Positions 48,258 to 57,581 of a stretch of DNA of 64,000 nucleotides are shown piece after piece. The DNA lies in the IMG/VR virus record IMGVR_UViG_3300036768_000279, positions 64,001-128,000 of that record. The stretch is one strand, 5' to 3'. Made by a program: the position numbers and the translations under genes. The notes beneath the pieces were generated by a model. The model was given only the letters and a program-made list of their open reading frames with translations. It did no database searches and was not told the DNA's origin. Within the stretch, counting starts at the first letter, position 1, and every line of letters starts with the position of its first letter. Source of the stretch: a virus.

Positions 48258-49021
48258 GATAGAATCTCGTATCCTTTTTCCGTTACTAGAATGCAACGTT
48301 CGGAATGGGCTACTAGAGAACCGTCCGCTGATCGCACGGTCCAGCCATCCCCATCTACTATTATGTCAGTCTCGCCAAAAGTGACTACTGGTTCCAGACA
48401 AATTACTTGTCCAGCCTGTAGCTTATACTTCTCGTATTCGCGTTCAGCCTGCCATCGCTTGATCTGTGGAAGTTTGGGGTCGATGCAGTTAGGGATAAAC
48501 GGATCGACGTGAAGCTGCTGGCCTATTTGGTGACCTCCCCACTGAGGATAGATCTTAACGCCAAGCTCGGCTGCCCTCTGTTCGGCTATTTTGGCTATTT
48601 CAAGCAAGGTTCGGCCACTCTGGAGAATCGAGATCTCGGCTTCAAGTACACTCTCTGACGCAGCAGCCAGACGGTCTTGCAAAGGAAAAATACCAGGACC
48701 GATGACGCGAGTTCGGGCAGAGTCTACGCACCATCCCTCAAAGCTGCATCCGACATCAACTGTCAGGATGTCGCCGGACCTTAGAACGTAATCGTTGGGA
48801 ACGCCATGTACCACAACCTCATTAGGGGATAAGCATGACGCTGCTGGAAATCCTCTATAGCCCTTAAAGATCGGCACGCATTTCGAGGCGACGATGTGGG
48901 ACTCAATTGCACGATCGACCTCGCGAAGAGTTACGCCGGGTTTAGCGACAGAGAAGCCAGCCTCAATCGCCTCTCGATTGATTCGTCCTGCGTGACGTGT
49001 CGCTGCAATTTGATTCATCAT
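48254..49021 (-). CDS. map: methionine aminopeptidase type I
   Basis: YRGFP...SPNEVVVHGVP, DVG...DSART, GHQIG..LH, EP, DGWTV...AHSE. Confidence 0.93.
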   Translation of the reverse strand: MMNQIAATRHAGRINREAIEAGFSVAKPGVTLREVDRAIESHIVASKCVPIFKGYRGFPAASCLSPNEVVVHGVPNDYVLRSGDILTVDVGCSFEGWCVDSARTRVIGPGIFPLQDRLAAASESVLEAEISILQSGRTLLEIAKIAEQRAAELGVKIYPQWGGHQIGQQLHVDPFIPNCIDPKLPQIKRWQAEREYEKYKLQAGQVICLEPVVTFGETDIIVDGDGWTVRSADGSLVAHSERCILVTEKGYEILS

Positions 49022-49096
49022 TAGGCAGACAATCCCATCCTGATATCATCTTGTTGGGCTTGATATTGCCGCTTTTCCAGTCTGGAAAAATGCTTT

Positions 49097-49714
49097 CTAG
49101 CCAACCGAAGACGTTCGTCTGTTGCTCTCTACCCATTTCTTGATTTTCTGCCAGTGCGGCAGCGTTTCGCGATACGCTTTCTCAGGGCTTCGCAAATGAT
49201 AACTGGGGTGATAGGTGACAAGCACTTTAGACTCATGCCCGTCTACAGTATAATTCAACCAACCATCTTTGTTTGATACCTTGTCAAAGAAAAACTGATT
49301 GAGGGCACCTTTGATAGGTTCGCCGCGAAACTGTTCGAGAGCGGTGCGACCCAACAATATGATGAGCTTGGGACGCAGCAATTTGATTTGCAGATCGAGT
49401 CGCCACTTGCATGCGTCCATTTCTTCTTTTCGAGGCGTTCTGTTATTGGGTGGACGACACAATACAGAATTCGTAATGTATATGTCTTGACGTGAAACGC
49501 CAACGTACGTTAGAATTGAATCAAGTTTTTGACCGGCCTTACCAATAAAAGGAACGCCAGTCAAATCTTCATCTTCGCCTGGAGCCTCGCCAACAATCAA
49601 GATAAGCGGTTCATGTGAGCCATTACCGAACACTACCTTTGTACGTGTCTTGCAAAGGTCGCAAGATCCACACACCGACATCTGTTCTCGCAAGGCATCA
49701 AGCTGAGCGTTCAT
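49097..49714 (-). CDS. family-4 uracil-DNA glycosylase
   Basis: CxxCxLC, VGEAPG..ED..G.PF.G.AG, CRPPNNR, TYHPSY. Confidence 0.93.
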   Translation of the reverse strand: MNAQLDALREQMSVCGSCDLCKTRTKVVFGNGSHEPLILIVGEAPGEDEDLTGVPFIGKAGQKLDSILTYVGVSRQDIYITNSVLCRPPNNRTPRKEEMDACKWRLDLQIKLLRPKLIILLGRTALEQFRGEPIKGALNQFFFDKVSNKDGWLNYTVDGHESKVLVTYHPSYHLRSPEKAYRETLPHWQKIKKWVESNRRTSSVG

Positions 49715-50649
49715 ACATTATGTCCAGTGAACAATTCGTTCGTCCAATTGCCCTTAGACTTGCTCCGCAAAGCGTCTCCACCGAAGTGCAACAGATTCAT
49801 CATAGCGTCCGCTGATGCAGCGATACGGCCCTCAATTGTCTTGATGTCTTCAATTTCATTGCAAGAGTTTTCGAGTGCCTGCTTCTTTGCTTCCGGCACT
49901 TTCATATCAAGATCGCTTTCAACGTGAATCATTAGATGGTCTACGTAGCGGGCACTGGCTCGATTAACGCCCGTCATGTAGAATGCGTCCTTTGGACGCA
50001 GATATCCACTAGCGAATGAGGTTGAAGTATGCCATCCGATGTTGCGGAATATGCATGCAGCCAATACGAGCGACGCATTGAGAGGCATCTCTGACTCTTT
50101 GGCTTGAGCGGTCATAACCTTAGCTAATCGCAGCGAACCCGCGACATGAACTAGTAATCCGCCTCTATATGCCAGAGGTCCACTGAGTCCGTAAGGACTT
50201 GTCTTTAGGGCGTTCAACAGATCGAGACGATGAATGGCGTTTCCGACAACGTTTCGATAGTGTTCATCGTCCATCATTTCAAAGGCTTCCTCGACTGTTG
50301 CAGCACATGCAGCTAGTGCCGCATCACTCATTCCCTTGACGTAATCATGTACGTTGAGGGGCGTAGGAACCGCTGTGATGTTACTGGCGTCTACCGAGAA
50401 CTCTACCTCGCCCTTATACAGCTTGAGTTCCAGGGCCATACGATAGTATTGGCCTTCAACAAGAGTGCTGTCATAGTTCCAAACAACACCTTCGATTTCG
50501 CCAGTAATGTCGCGAAGCGTTACTCTAGCAAATCGATTGCCAGTAGCAGTGACCATTGCTTCATTCTGAGTCACCTTCTGCACCAAGAAGATTTGGCGAT
50601 ATCTACCAACTTTCAAATCCTTGATGGGAACGTACGTCTCAGTATTCAT
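49711..50649 (-). CDS. YhaM/CBF1-like OB-fold + HD-domain protein with degenerate HD motif
   Basis: LRDITGEIEG.VW OB fold; AYRGGLLVH; IFRNIG in place of LHDIG; start placed at 50649. Confidence 0.7.
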   Translation of the reverse strand: MNTETYVPIKDLKVGRYRQIFLVQKVTQNEAMVTATGNRFARVTLRDITGEIEGVVWNYDSTLVEGQYYRMALELKLYKGEVEFSVDASNITAVPTPLNVHDYVKGMSDAALAACAATVEEAFEMMDDEHYRNVVGNAIHRLDLLNALKTSPYGLSGPLAYRGGLLVHVAGSLRLAKVMTAQAKESEMPLNASLVLAACIFRNIGWHTSTSFASGYLRPKDAFYMTGVNRASARYVDHLMIHVESDLDMKVPEAKKQALENSCNEIEDIKTIEGRIAASADAMMNLLHFGGDALRSKSKGNWTNELFTGHNV

Positions 50650-50851
50650 ATCGCGTCCGCTTACCGCCCTTTGTGCGGTCGTCTTCCGCCTTACAGGTTG
50701 GACACTTGGCGACCTTTCGGGTGATGATGTAAACTTCATCTGGCTGTTCTTTTTCGTTGCCTGGATTGAGTGTTACCTTGAGTTTGTCACCGTAATAACA
50801 GCCTCGGCAATTGCTACACTCAATCAGCGTGATGGTCTTGGGCGTTTTCAT
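50639..50851 (-). CDS. small Zn-ribbon protein
   Basis: CSNC...CPTC; overlaps both neighbours. Confidence 0.55.
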   Translation of the reverse strand: MKTPKTITLIECSNCRGCYYGDKLKVTLNPGNEKEQPDEVYIITRKVAKCPTCKAEDDRTKGGKRTRYEY

Positions 50852-51362
50852 GTTGCAATCGTTTCTCTAGAAGCTTGATGAGTCTTTTGACGTGCATCGC
50901 CACACCTTGGTGAGACATGCCACTGTTCTTGGCAATCTTACGGAATGATTTACCATTGACATAATGCTCGACCAAAAAGTTGGCGTGCGGTTCTTCGGCT
51001 ACAGCACCAAAGATAGATCCTAGAAGTTCACTATCTTCTAGCGTCTTGTCTGTGTATCCGGTTTCGACTGCTTCCATGTCAGCATCAACACGAGCAGACG
51101 CAAGACGTGTCTTTTGAAGAATGTAACGTAGGATACGACCACGAATGTAGTGATAGGCGTAAGTCGTGAACTTGGCCTTTGTTGAATCGTAGTTCCTAGC
51201 AGCACTTAGGAGACCTACCCAAGCTTCTTGCTCCAGATCCTCTGCCGTAATGAGCGGATCATTCTTGGTAAACGACAAGAACGGACGCAGAATACTGCTA
51301 ATCAATGCATCCCATTCACTTTGCGGCAAAGAGTCTAGCGGACTATCGTTCATATGCGTCAA
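50820..51362 (-). CDS. sigma70-family sigma factor (second copy)
   Basis: EDLEQEAWVGLLSAARNYD...KFTTYAY..IRG; GKSFRKIA...GMSHQGV. Confidence 0.88.
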   Translation of the reverse strand: MTHMNDSPLDSLPQSEWDALISSILRPFLSFTKNDPLITAEDLEQEAWVGLLSAARNYDSTKAKFTTYAYHYIRGRILRYILQKTRLASARVDADMEAVETGYTDKTLEDSELLGSIFGAVAEEPHANFLVEHYVNGKSFRKIAKNSGMSHQGVAMHVKRLIKLLEKRLQHENAQDHHAD

Positions 51363-51720
51363 TTTGTGCGACCAACATTGTGATGTACGTGCTCTTCTCG
51401 TCGTCGGTGAGAGCCGTCCAATGAGAGATTACATCTGTGTTGCCGCCGTTTGGTACTTCTTCGTTACCCACTACTTGACGGTGGCGATATAACACTCGCC
51501 CCTCGGTGTCTTGTACTACGAATGTTAGTACATGGAGGTCTTCATCGTCCAGCAGATGCCAGAAAAACTTGAGCAGTTGATCGAACCGCACCACGGCCTT
51601 CTTCGGTTTGCCGCCCCGCTCGATCAGCACAAAAACAACCTTGTCGTTTTTCTGCCAACCATCTGATTGCAATTCCGCATGAAGTTGTTTTACTCGATCC
51701 CAATTGAGTTTGATCGCCAT
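51343..51720 (-). CDS. hypothetical protein
   Basis: preceded by TTAGTGTA motif and AAGGGGG SD. Confidence 0.6.
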   Translation of the reverse strand: MAIKLNWDRVKQLHAELQSDGWQKNDKVVFVLIERGGKPKKAVVRFDQLLKFFWHLLDDEDLHVLTFVVQDTEGRVLYRHRQVVGNEEVPNGGNTDVISHWTALTDDEKSTYITMLVAQIDAYER

Positions 51721-51731
51721 GAGACAAGTAC

Positions 51732-51755
51732 CCCCTTCAAAGGGGATTACACTAA
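51732..51755 (-). promoter_or_regulatory. TTAGTGTA motif with SD-occluding hairpin CCCCTT-TG-AAGGGG
   Basis: minus strand reads TTAGTGTAATCCCCTTTGAAGGGGGTACTTGTCTCATG. Confidence 0.55.
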
Positions 51756-51756
51756 T

Positions 51757-53013
51757 TTAGGCGACCTTTCCGTCTTCGATATAGACTCCCATGCGGTCAT
51801 CGCTATTGCGACTTGCATACTCAATCCATACCTGGAAGTCCTTGTCAGACGCCATTTCACGTACGATAGCCATGCTTTCGTCGTCCAACAATGACCCGTC
51901 AGAAATTCTGATGACGCGGAGCGTTGGGTTGGCTGCCATAGCGATAGCTAGAGAAATCTTCAAGCGTCTAGCGGCAGATGCCTGACAGAACGGAACGTCG
52001 GTGCCATCTTCGTTGATGATGCGAACGCCCTCTGCCGTGACCGTGAAGCCCTTGACGGGCAACGGTGCCGATTCTAGAGCCTCGGCCTTTTCAATGTCAA
52101 TGAGTTCCATCTTTGCATTCAAAGACGTAATCTCGGCCTCCACTTTGTCCAGTGCCGTACGTAGCTTGCGATACTCAAGCACTTCACGAGCACGCTTGTT
52201 ATTGACTTCGATATCTTTGAGCTGGCTCTGCAAGAACGCTACGTCGATTGGCTCAATCTTGTTAAGTTCAGCGGTGTTAGACTCAATGATTGTCTTTGCA
52301 TCAGCTACAACTTTTTGAAGACGAACAATCTCCGCCTCGGCGGATGCAATACTTGTCGTTAGCCGAATGTTTTCTGACTGCAAATCCTTGATACGTTGAT
52401 TGACAATCATCGCTTCGGAAATTGCTGTCGTCAATTCCAGGCTCGATAGCTCCTCGGATGGTTCCGCATCGGTCGGCGGTTTCAAATTGGCGAGCAAGCT
52501 CGCCAGTCTCTTCTTCTCACGATTGGCATCGGTGCGGGCATCATAAGCCGCTTGCTTACGAGCATCAAAATCAGCTAGATTCAGTTTGCCATCCGTGATC
52601 TTGAAAAGGAGATCCGACAGCATCGTACGCTGCTCTTGCTCGCTCTTACGAGAGAACTCCCAAGGATCGAAAGACAAGTCTCCGATCATGCCGTCGAGTA
52701 GCTTCTGCGGTCCGGTTACCTTATTGCCGTCTGATGTACGAACCTCAAGAGTGCTGCCATTCTCCGTGAAGCGTCGAGTGACAATGTATTCGCCCAGGTC
52801 CAGTGTAATGAAGCCATTCTTCTCTCCATTGCGGAGAGGCTGTGGCATGGACTTGGAGGCCGCACGATATTGCAGTGCCGACCAGATAGCGTCGATGACA
52901 GATGTCTTGCCATTCTCATTCTTACCACTGATGACTACCACATCATCGGTGGGAGAGATTTGGACGGCCTTGAGACGCTTGAAATTCTCTGCTTGTAGTT
53001 GGATGATTTTCAT
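51757..53013 (-). CDS. SMC/Rad50-like ATPase with coiled coil
   Basis: ENFKRLK, GKNENGKTS Walker A, long coiled coil, IRISDGSLLD. Confidence 0.85.
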   Translation of the reverse strand: MKIIQLQAENFKRLKAVQISPTDDVVVISGKNENGKTSVIDAIWSALQYRAASKSMPQPLRNGEKNGFITLDLGEYIVTRRFTENGSTLEVRTSDGNKVTGPQKLLDGMIGDLSFDPWEFSRKSEQEQRTMLSDLLFKITDGKLNLADFDARKQAAYDARTDANREKKRLASLLANLKPPTDAEPSEELSSLELTTAISEAMIVNQRIKDLQSENIRLTTSIASAEAEIVRLQKVVADAKTIIESNTAELNKIEPIDVAFLQSQLKDIEVNNKRAREVLEYRKLRTALDKVEAEITSLNAKMELIDIEKAEALESAPLPVKGFTVTAEGVRIINEDGTDVPFCQASAARRLKISLAIAMAANPTLRVIRISDGSLLDDESMAIVREMASDKDFQVWIEYASRNSDDRMGVYIEDGKVA

Positions 53014-53184
53014 GGTGTGCCACCGTCGTATGACTCGTGAAAATGAATTCGTTCTGCCTCGTCAATTGGTCGTGGAGTATACATACGCTCTCGATACTCC
53101 TCATCCCTTTATGATCCACTGTTTTAGGAGGTTGTGGAAGGCATCCATGTTAACTGTGGACCAAAATCTATCTTGCAAATTCAA
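53010..53184 (-). pseudogene. collapsed HNH endonuclease remnant
   Basis: [10 protein letters not shown], then HGCLPQPPKTVDHK in another frame; ends in an ATGA overlap. Confidence 0.55.
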
Positions 53185-53749
53185 ATGTCACTTGATCCGT
53201 TACTACAGGCAATCCACCACTTCCTATCATAGCATTCCACAACAATTTATCATGATTGTCTTGCGGCATCCATCCTGCTGTGCATTTGAATAGCTCACGA
53301 GTGTGAGCCATGCCTACTGTCAGTATGTCAGTTGTGTTAGGCTGTCCGATCTTGCGGACGGTATCTTTCGAGCGAGAAGACTTGTGTCTCCATGAGAAGG
53401 GCTGACCAGAGGTACGCACCATTGTAGCTTGCGGATGCTCAGAAAGCAAGCTTGAAATCGTTGAAAGGTGGTTGGGGAGCCACACATCGTCGTCATCGAT
53501 GTACGCGATCCATGGATTTGCACCCATGGCAATACCTCTATTGCGAGCCCATGCTCCAAAGTCTTCGTGGCACGGACCATTGGCACCGACAACAGTGACT
53601 CGCGGATCTTCCACTAGATACTCTAGACCGCCAATACCATCACACATCACCCACAACTGCCAATCGGCGTAGTCTTGGTGTAGAACTGACTCAATCGCAT
53701 GTAGCAGGCTGAGACGCCCTACGGACGGCAGGATGATGTCGAATTTCAT
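53168..53749 (-). CDS. GT2 glycosyltransferase
   Basis: [32 protein letters not shown]; start placed at 53749. Confidence 0.88.
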   Translation of the reverse strand: MKFDIILPSVGRLSLLHAIESVLHQDYADWQLWVMCDGIGGLEYLVEDPRVTVVGANGPCHEDFGAWARNRGIAMGANPWIAYIDDDDVWLPNHLSTISSLLSEHPQATMVRTSGQPFSWRHKSSRSKDTVRKIGQPNTTDILTVGMAHTRELFKCTAGWMPQDNHDKLLWNAMIGSGGLPVVTDQVTFEFAR

Positions 53750-54014
53750 GACCAGAAATGTACGTATTATCTTGTGTAAATTCGTGACCTCGTTTACAGT
53801 GCGTTTTCTTTGTGGCAGAAGCGGCTTGTGTATTGCCACGCATCAGATTAGTGCGATATGTTACTGGCTCTAAGTGCGTCGGATTAACACACGCCCTATT
53901 TCTACAGACGTGATCAAGCTGAGTGCGTTTGGGATTTTCCCAACAAGTTGTGTGTAAGCATACCTATGAGCACGCCATCGTTTATAGTTACATTTAATTG
54001 ACACGGTACTTCAT
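53750..54014 (-). pseudogene. frameshifted/deleted HNH homing endonuclease
   Basis: [15 protein letters not shown], frameshift, [24 protein letters not shown]...[14 protein letters not shown]. Confidence 0.9.
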
Positions 54015-54499
54015 CTGAGAGGTCGCCAAATGAATTTCGAGACAGGTATCTTATATGACATCTTAGAGCCAAAACCTTGCCACGGAATTACTTTGCAAGT
54101 ATCTATGATATCTTGTAACGCCGCCGTTTTAAGCATTGTGTATTGCGGAATCTTTTCATTAGATCCATTGATCATTAGGATGGTTGCACCATCCCGTACA
54201 TACGACTTCACTTGAGAGACTTTCAGGTGAAAGAACTTATCCAAAAGAGGCTTGGAGAACTTGACTTCAATCTTACCATATCCCTCAACATTGAAGTCGG
54301 GATCCATTGACACTTCTTTGTCTGTCAATAGTTCGCCAGTTTGGCCACAGCCGGTATCAGTGTATGCCGGTCTCTTGCCGCTAATGCGTTCAATGAGATC
54401 AAGCCACAAAATGAATAGGGCTCGCTCCTCTTGAGTGCGAGACTTGATGTCTTTTTTGAACTGATCTTCTGAGCGATTGTCGTAACGATAGCTGCTCAT
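54011..54499 (-). CDS. putative PD-(D/E)XK nuclease
   Basis: DPDF...IEVK motif; start placed at 54499. Confidence 0.55.
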   Translation of the reverse strand: MSSYRYDNRSEDQFKKDIKSRTQEERALFILWLDLIERISGKRPAYTDTGCGQTGELLTDKEVSMDPDFNVEGYGKIEVKFSKPLLDKFFHLKVSQVKSYVRDGATILMINGSNEKIPQYTMLKTAALQDIIDTCKVIPWQGFGSKMSYKIPVSKFIWRPLR

Positions 54500-54916
54500 T
54501 GCACAATACTCCGTAACCAGTTCTTGCACTCTCTTGCAGTGCCAGTGCCTTTGGCTCTATTACAGAACTTGCAATACGGTACGCAATTCTTTATTGTATA
54601 ACCAATATCATTGTTCAGTCTGTCGATTCCATTTATCACACTCGGCCGCAGTCAATCGCCAACTAAGTCCACGCTTTTTGGCTTGAAGCTTGTACTGTTG
54701 CCATATTCTGTTACGGCAAGATTGACCGACGCCAAGTTTTCTAGTACAGCCACAACTTGTCGTTCTTCCCTGCGTCAAATGTCCAGTTTGGATCCATGAT
54801 TCTCTATCACAGTCACAGACACATTGGCGAAGTATCTGACCGTTGCGACGTTTCACTTTGCCGGTGACGATCAATTTGCCAAAACGTTTATGACTTAGGT
54901 CGAGAAAAGAACTCAT
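54496..54916 (-). pseudogene. frameshifted, internally deleted HNH-type endonuclease
   Basis: LDLSHKRFGKL..CVCDC..TTSCGC..YKLQAKKRGL, then in a shifted frame NGIDRLNNDIGYTIKNCVP.CKFCNRAKG. Confidence 0.88.
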
Positions 54917-55512
54917 TGAGTTAGACGCTTTATTACGTCTTCCTCAGAAAGCACCTTGCGGAATTTATGCAACACGCGGAAGCAAGCGATCGAATCAAAC
55001 AGAGCGGTGTGGAACTTGTTCTTGCCAACATCTGCCATGTCGATATTGAATGCCTTGACCGCCTGCGTCAAGGACGCCCCAGACTTCACGTTGTCATTGC
55101 CAGTAAACAAACGCACAACCGGCAAGGAGTCAATAAAGCGATACGTGAAGTTGGCCTCAAATTGCTGCGGCTCAATGCCGTAGATCTGATACGCCATCAT
55201 GCGTACGTCATGTTGAGTGTTGTGGCCACCCATAATCTGGGCACCATGATCATGCCACAAGTCCATGAACTTGTCCCGAATTTCTTCGGTAGTAATACCC
55301 TCAGAGAACGCCTGAGAGGGCGTGATTCCATGGATCTCTATAGCCTGGGGCGTAAACTTGTAATCATTGATCGATGGCAGTTTGTGCAGAGCTTCAAACT
55401 GAGAAATGATCTCGCCAGTTTCAAGATCGCCAACAAGGGCACCTATGGAAAATACCGAGTGGACCTTAGGATCAAGGCCACCCGTCTCTGTATCCATAAT
55501 CATAATTCGCAT
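54913..55512 (-). CDS. DEDDh 3'-5' exonuclease (DnaQ-like)
   Basis: MDTETGGLD, IHGIT, GHNTQHD, HTALFD. Confidence 0.9.
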   Translation of the reverse strand: MRIMIMDTETGGLDPKVHSVFSIGALVGDLETGEIISQFEALHKLPSINDYKFTPQAIEIHGITPSQAFSEGITTEEIRDKFMDLWHDHGAQIMGGHNTQHDVRMMAYQIYGIEPQQFEANFTYRFIDSLPVVRLFTGNDNVKSGASLTQAVKAFNIDMADVGKNKFHTALFDSIACFRVLHKFRKVLSEEDVIKRLTQ

Positions 55513-55760
55513 TATTTGTTTTTCTTTCTATAATAGAGGTCTAAGCATTTTTGATTATGGCAAACAACATGATCTAGCTGTAGACCACATTCAATAGCAC
55601 CGTACATGAATTTGTAAATCCATCTATGTGCCTGTACCCACTTGCCATTCGAATGATATCTACCATAGCCATCACGTTTGCCAGCAAGCCAACTCCAGCA
55701 CCCTCCATTAGGTTCAATACGAACCTTACTCATGAAGCGTGCTGGAATTTCTTTATTCAT
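55512..55760 (-). pseudogene. truncated HNH endonuclease
   Basis: RFMSKV..GCWSW..DGYG..AHRWIY..G.I..GLQLDHVVCHNQKC; the NPxHL...N half is missing. Confidence 0.8.
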
Positions 55761-56194
55761 GCTACAGCTTGGCTATTGACCGCCTTCACGGCCTCGTCGA
55801 ACATGCCGACGATCTTCTTCCACTGGTCGTCACGAGACATAGGCGTACGAACAACTACGTTACCAAGCTTGCCAACATTTGCAAACGTGGCGTCGCTACA
55901 AGTATGGTCTGGCTTAAATGCCTTGCGGAATTCGCGGACGATTGCACGAGCATCAGCCTTTTCGGGCAAGTGCTCTACAATACCAACGAACTTGACATTT
56001 CCATTGCCTTCAATCGTGCTCACAATACGCTGAGCGAGAATGTGACGGGCCAGCTTGCGGTTGAAGCTATCGCCATCACGAACGAAGCCAACTGCCATGT
56101 ATGCAACGCCAGCAATCACGGCAATGCCAACACTGATACCGTCATTGGGACGGTGAGAAAAGGCCATCGAGTCGATGAGATCACAAACCTTCAT
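55757..56194 (-). CDS. hypothetical phage protein
   Basis: coupled ORF; D.FNRK.AR motif. Confidence 0.55.
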   Translation of the reverse strand: MKVCDLIDSMAFSHRPNDGISVGIAVIAGVAYMAVGFVRDGDSFNRKLARHILAQRIVSTIEGNGNVKFVGIVEHLPEKADARAIVREFRKAFKPDHTCSDATFANVGKLGNVVVRTPMSRDDQWKKIVGMFDEAVKAVNSQAVA

Positions 56195-56375
56195 TTGGTG
56201 TTTGTCCTTGTGCGTTTTGCACAGGTGGTTGCACTTGGCTAAGCATAGACAGTGCTAGGAAAAGGTTAATGGTAACTCCGATTGGAGCACCGACATTAGT
56301 TGTACGGAGAGCGGCCATCAAAATACGAGCCTCGTCCCCGGACAATGCGATATTGGGTTGTGCTTGGTCAGCCAT
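56181..56375 (-). CDS. small hypothetical protein
   Basis: overlaps both neighbours. Confidence 0.45.
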   Translation of the reverse strand: MADQAQPNIALSGDEARILMAALRTTNVGAPIGVTINLFLALSMLSQVQPPVQNAQGQTPNEGL

Positions 56376-57135
56376 TGATCAGTCCTCGTGCTTTCAAAAC
56401 GCCACGTACGTAGTTTTCAAGATCCTCAAACGAGCCGTTATTCTGATACGTGTTCTCGAAAGTAAACCCGTCCAAAGCAACCTCGCTGGGGTGATTATCC
56501 ACAAACCCAGTAGACCTCTCAAGTCTAATGATGACGCCGCCAGCGTCTTCTGTCACGCTCTTTTCATTGGGAAACCGACAATCTGTCAAGATTACTACGT
56601 CGGCATCACCCCAATTACGATTGAATGGAGCTTTAGCCCATACCTGATCGTACATAGCTCGGAAGATGTCCGTCCCCACAATTTGCAGCACTTCGCGATT
56701 AGTCATTGGGCCGCTACGAGGCAATGACTGTGAGCGTGTCTCTGGCACGTCGCTAAATGAATCATACCCCTGATTGTAGATAGCAAACTCATTGCTGTAT
56801 TTCAAGCGGACTTCAAGTGGGAGGCCATCCCACATGATATGAGAAAGCGAGTTCTTTTGTGCGTCTGTACCATACACGCCCTCTGGCTTCAAGCCAAGGA
56901 TCTCGACACACATACGCTTGAGTGGTTCTGCAAAAGCGGTTAGCACCGTTTTCTTGCCATACTCTGCCATGATCTTTACGATCATGTTAGCTGCTGTATC
57001 TTTGCCAACCTGCTTCTTGCCAGATAGTGCAATGAATGCCGGACGAGTATGGGGGGTGTTTTTAGACATATCTTTCAAGTCCATGCACAACGACACCGCT
57101 GGCTCGCCATAGTCTACTTCATCAAACCAGTTCAT
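56368..57135 (-). CDS. deoxynucleoside monophosphate kinase
   Basis: SGKKQVGKDT, AFAEPLK, REVLQIVGTD..R, TDCRFPNE, HPSE. Confidence 0.9.
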   Translation of the reverse strand: MNWFDEVDYGEPAVSLCMDLKDMSKNTPHTRPAFIALSGKKQVGKDTAANMIVKIMAEYGKKTVLTAFAEPLKRMCVEILGLKPEGVYGTDAQKNSLSHIMWDGLPLEVRLKYSNEFAIYNQGYDSFSDVPETRSQSLPRSGPMTNREVLQIVGTDIFRAMYDQVWAKAPFNRNWGDADVVILTDCRFPNEKSVTEDAGGVIIRLERSTGFVDNHPSEVALDGFTFENTYQNNGSFEDLENYVRGVLKARGLING

Positions 57136-57159
57136 GTAACAACATTCTTGTGAAAATTC

Positions 57160-57182
57160 TAGGAGTCTGTGTCAAACTCCTA
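57160..57182 (-). promoter_or_regulatory. hairpin with TTGACA at its apex (terminator and/or promoter)
   Basis: TAGGAGTTTG-ACA-CAGACTCCTA followed by GAATTTT; weak -10 (CACAAG). Confidence 0.5.
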
Positions 57183-57581
57183 AGGTGTACGCAACAGCTT
57201 GGCCGGTGTATGAGCACTTGGCGTGATTAGTTGCAAATCGGCAGAAAAGCACGGTTGTCCAAACACTTGGGCCATTTGGTATTCAATCGTGGCCCCCTTT
57301 GATTCTTGCCAATCGGGCAGAAACACTACCGCGTCACAGATTGCTTGCTGTCTAATTGCATGTCTCATGCAAATAGCCCAGCCTTCTTTGAACTCCTGCG
57401 GATCGTCGAGTCTCAGGTATGCTGGCCACGATGTACGACGTGGATTTTCTACATCAAATCCCATCGCATGGAGGCGATCTTCCATTTCGGCAAACGCCTC
57501 CTTGTTGCCATTCGGCTTGCCTGAGATACCTCCACTGATATACACGCGGAGACGCTTCTTGATGTCATTTAGACTAGTCAA
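57180..57581 (-). CDS. DUF4406 / nucleoside 2-deoxyribosyltransferase-like protein
   Basis: VYISGGISG, NP, CDAVVFLPDWQESKGATIE. Confidence 0.85.
   Translation of the reverse strand: MTSLNDIKKRLRVYISGGISGKPNGNKEAFAEMEDRLHAMGFDVENPRRTSWPAYLRLDDPQEFKEGWAICMRHAIRQQAICDAVVFLPDWQESKGATIEYQMAQVFGQPCFSADLQLITPSAHTPAKLLRTP

Noticed and set aside
49022-49136. Micro-ORF between udg and map (LARKHFSRLEKRQ...GLSA)
   Set aside because: Very short, uncertain start and no homology evidence.
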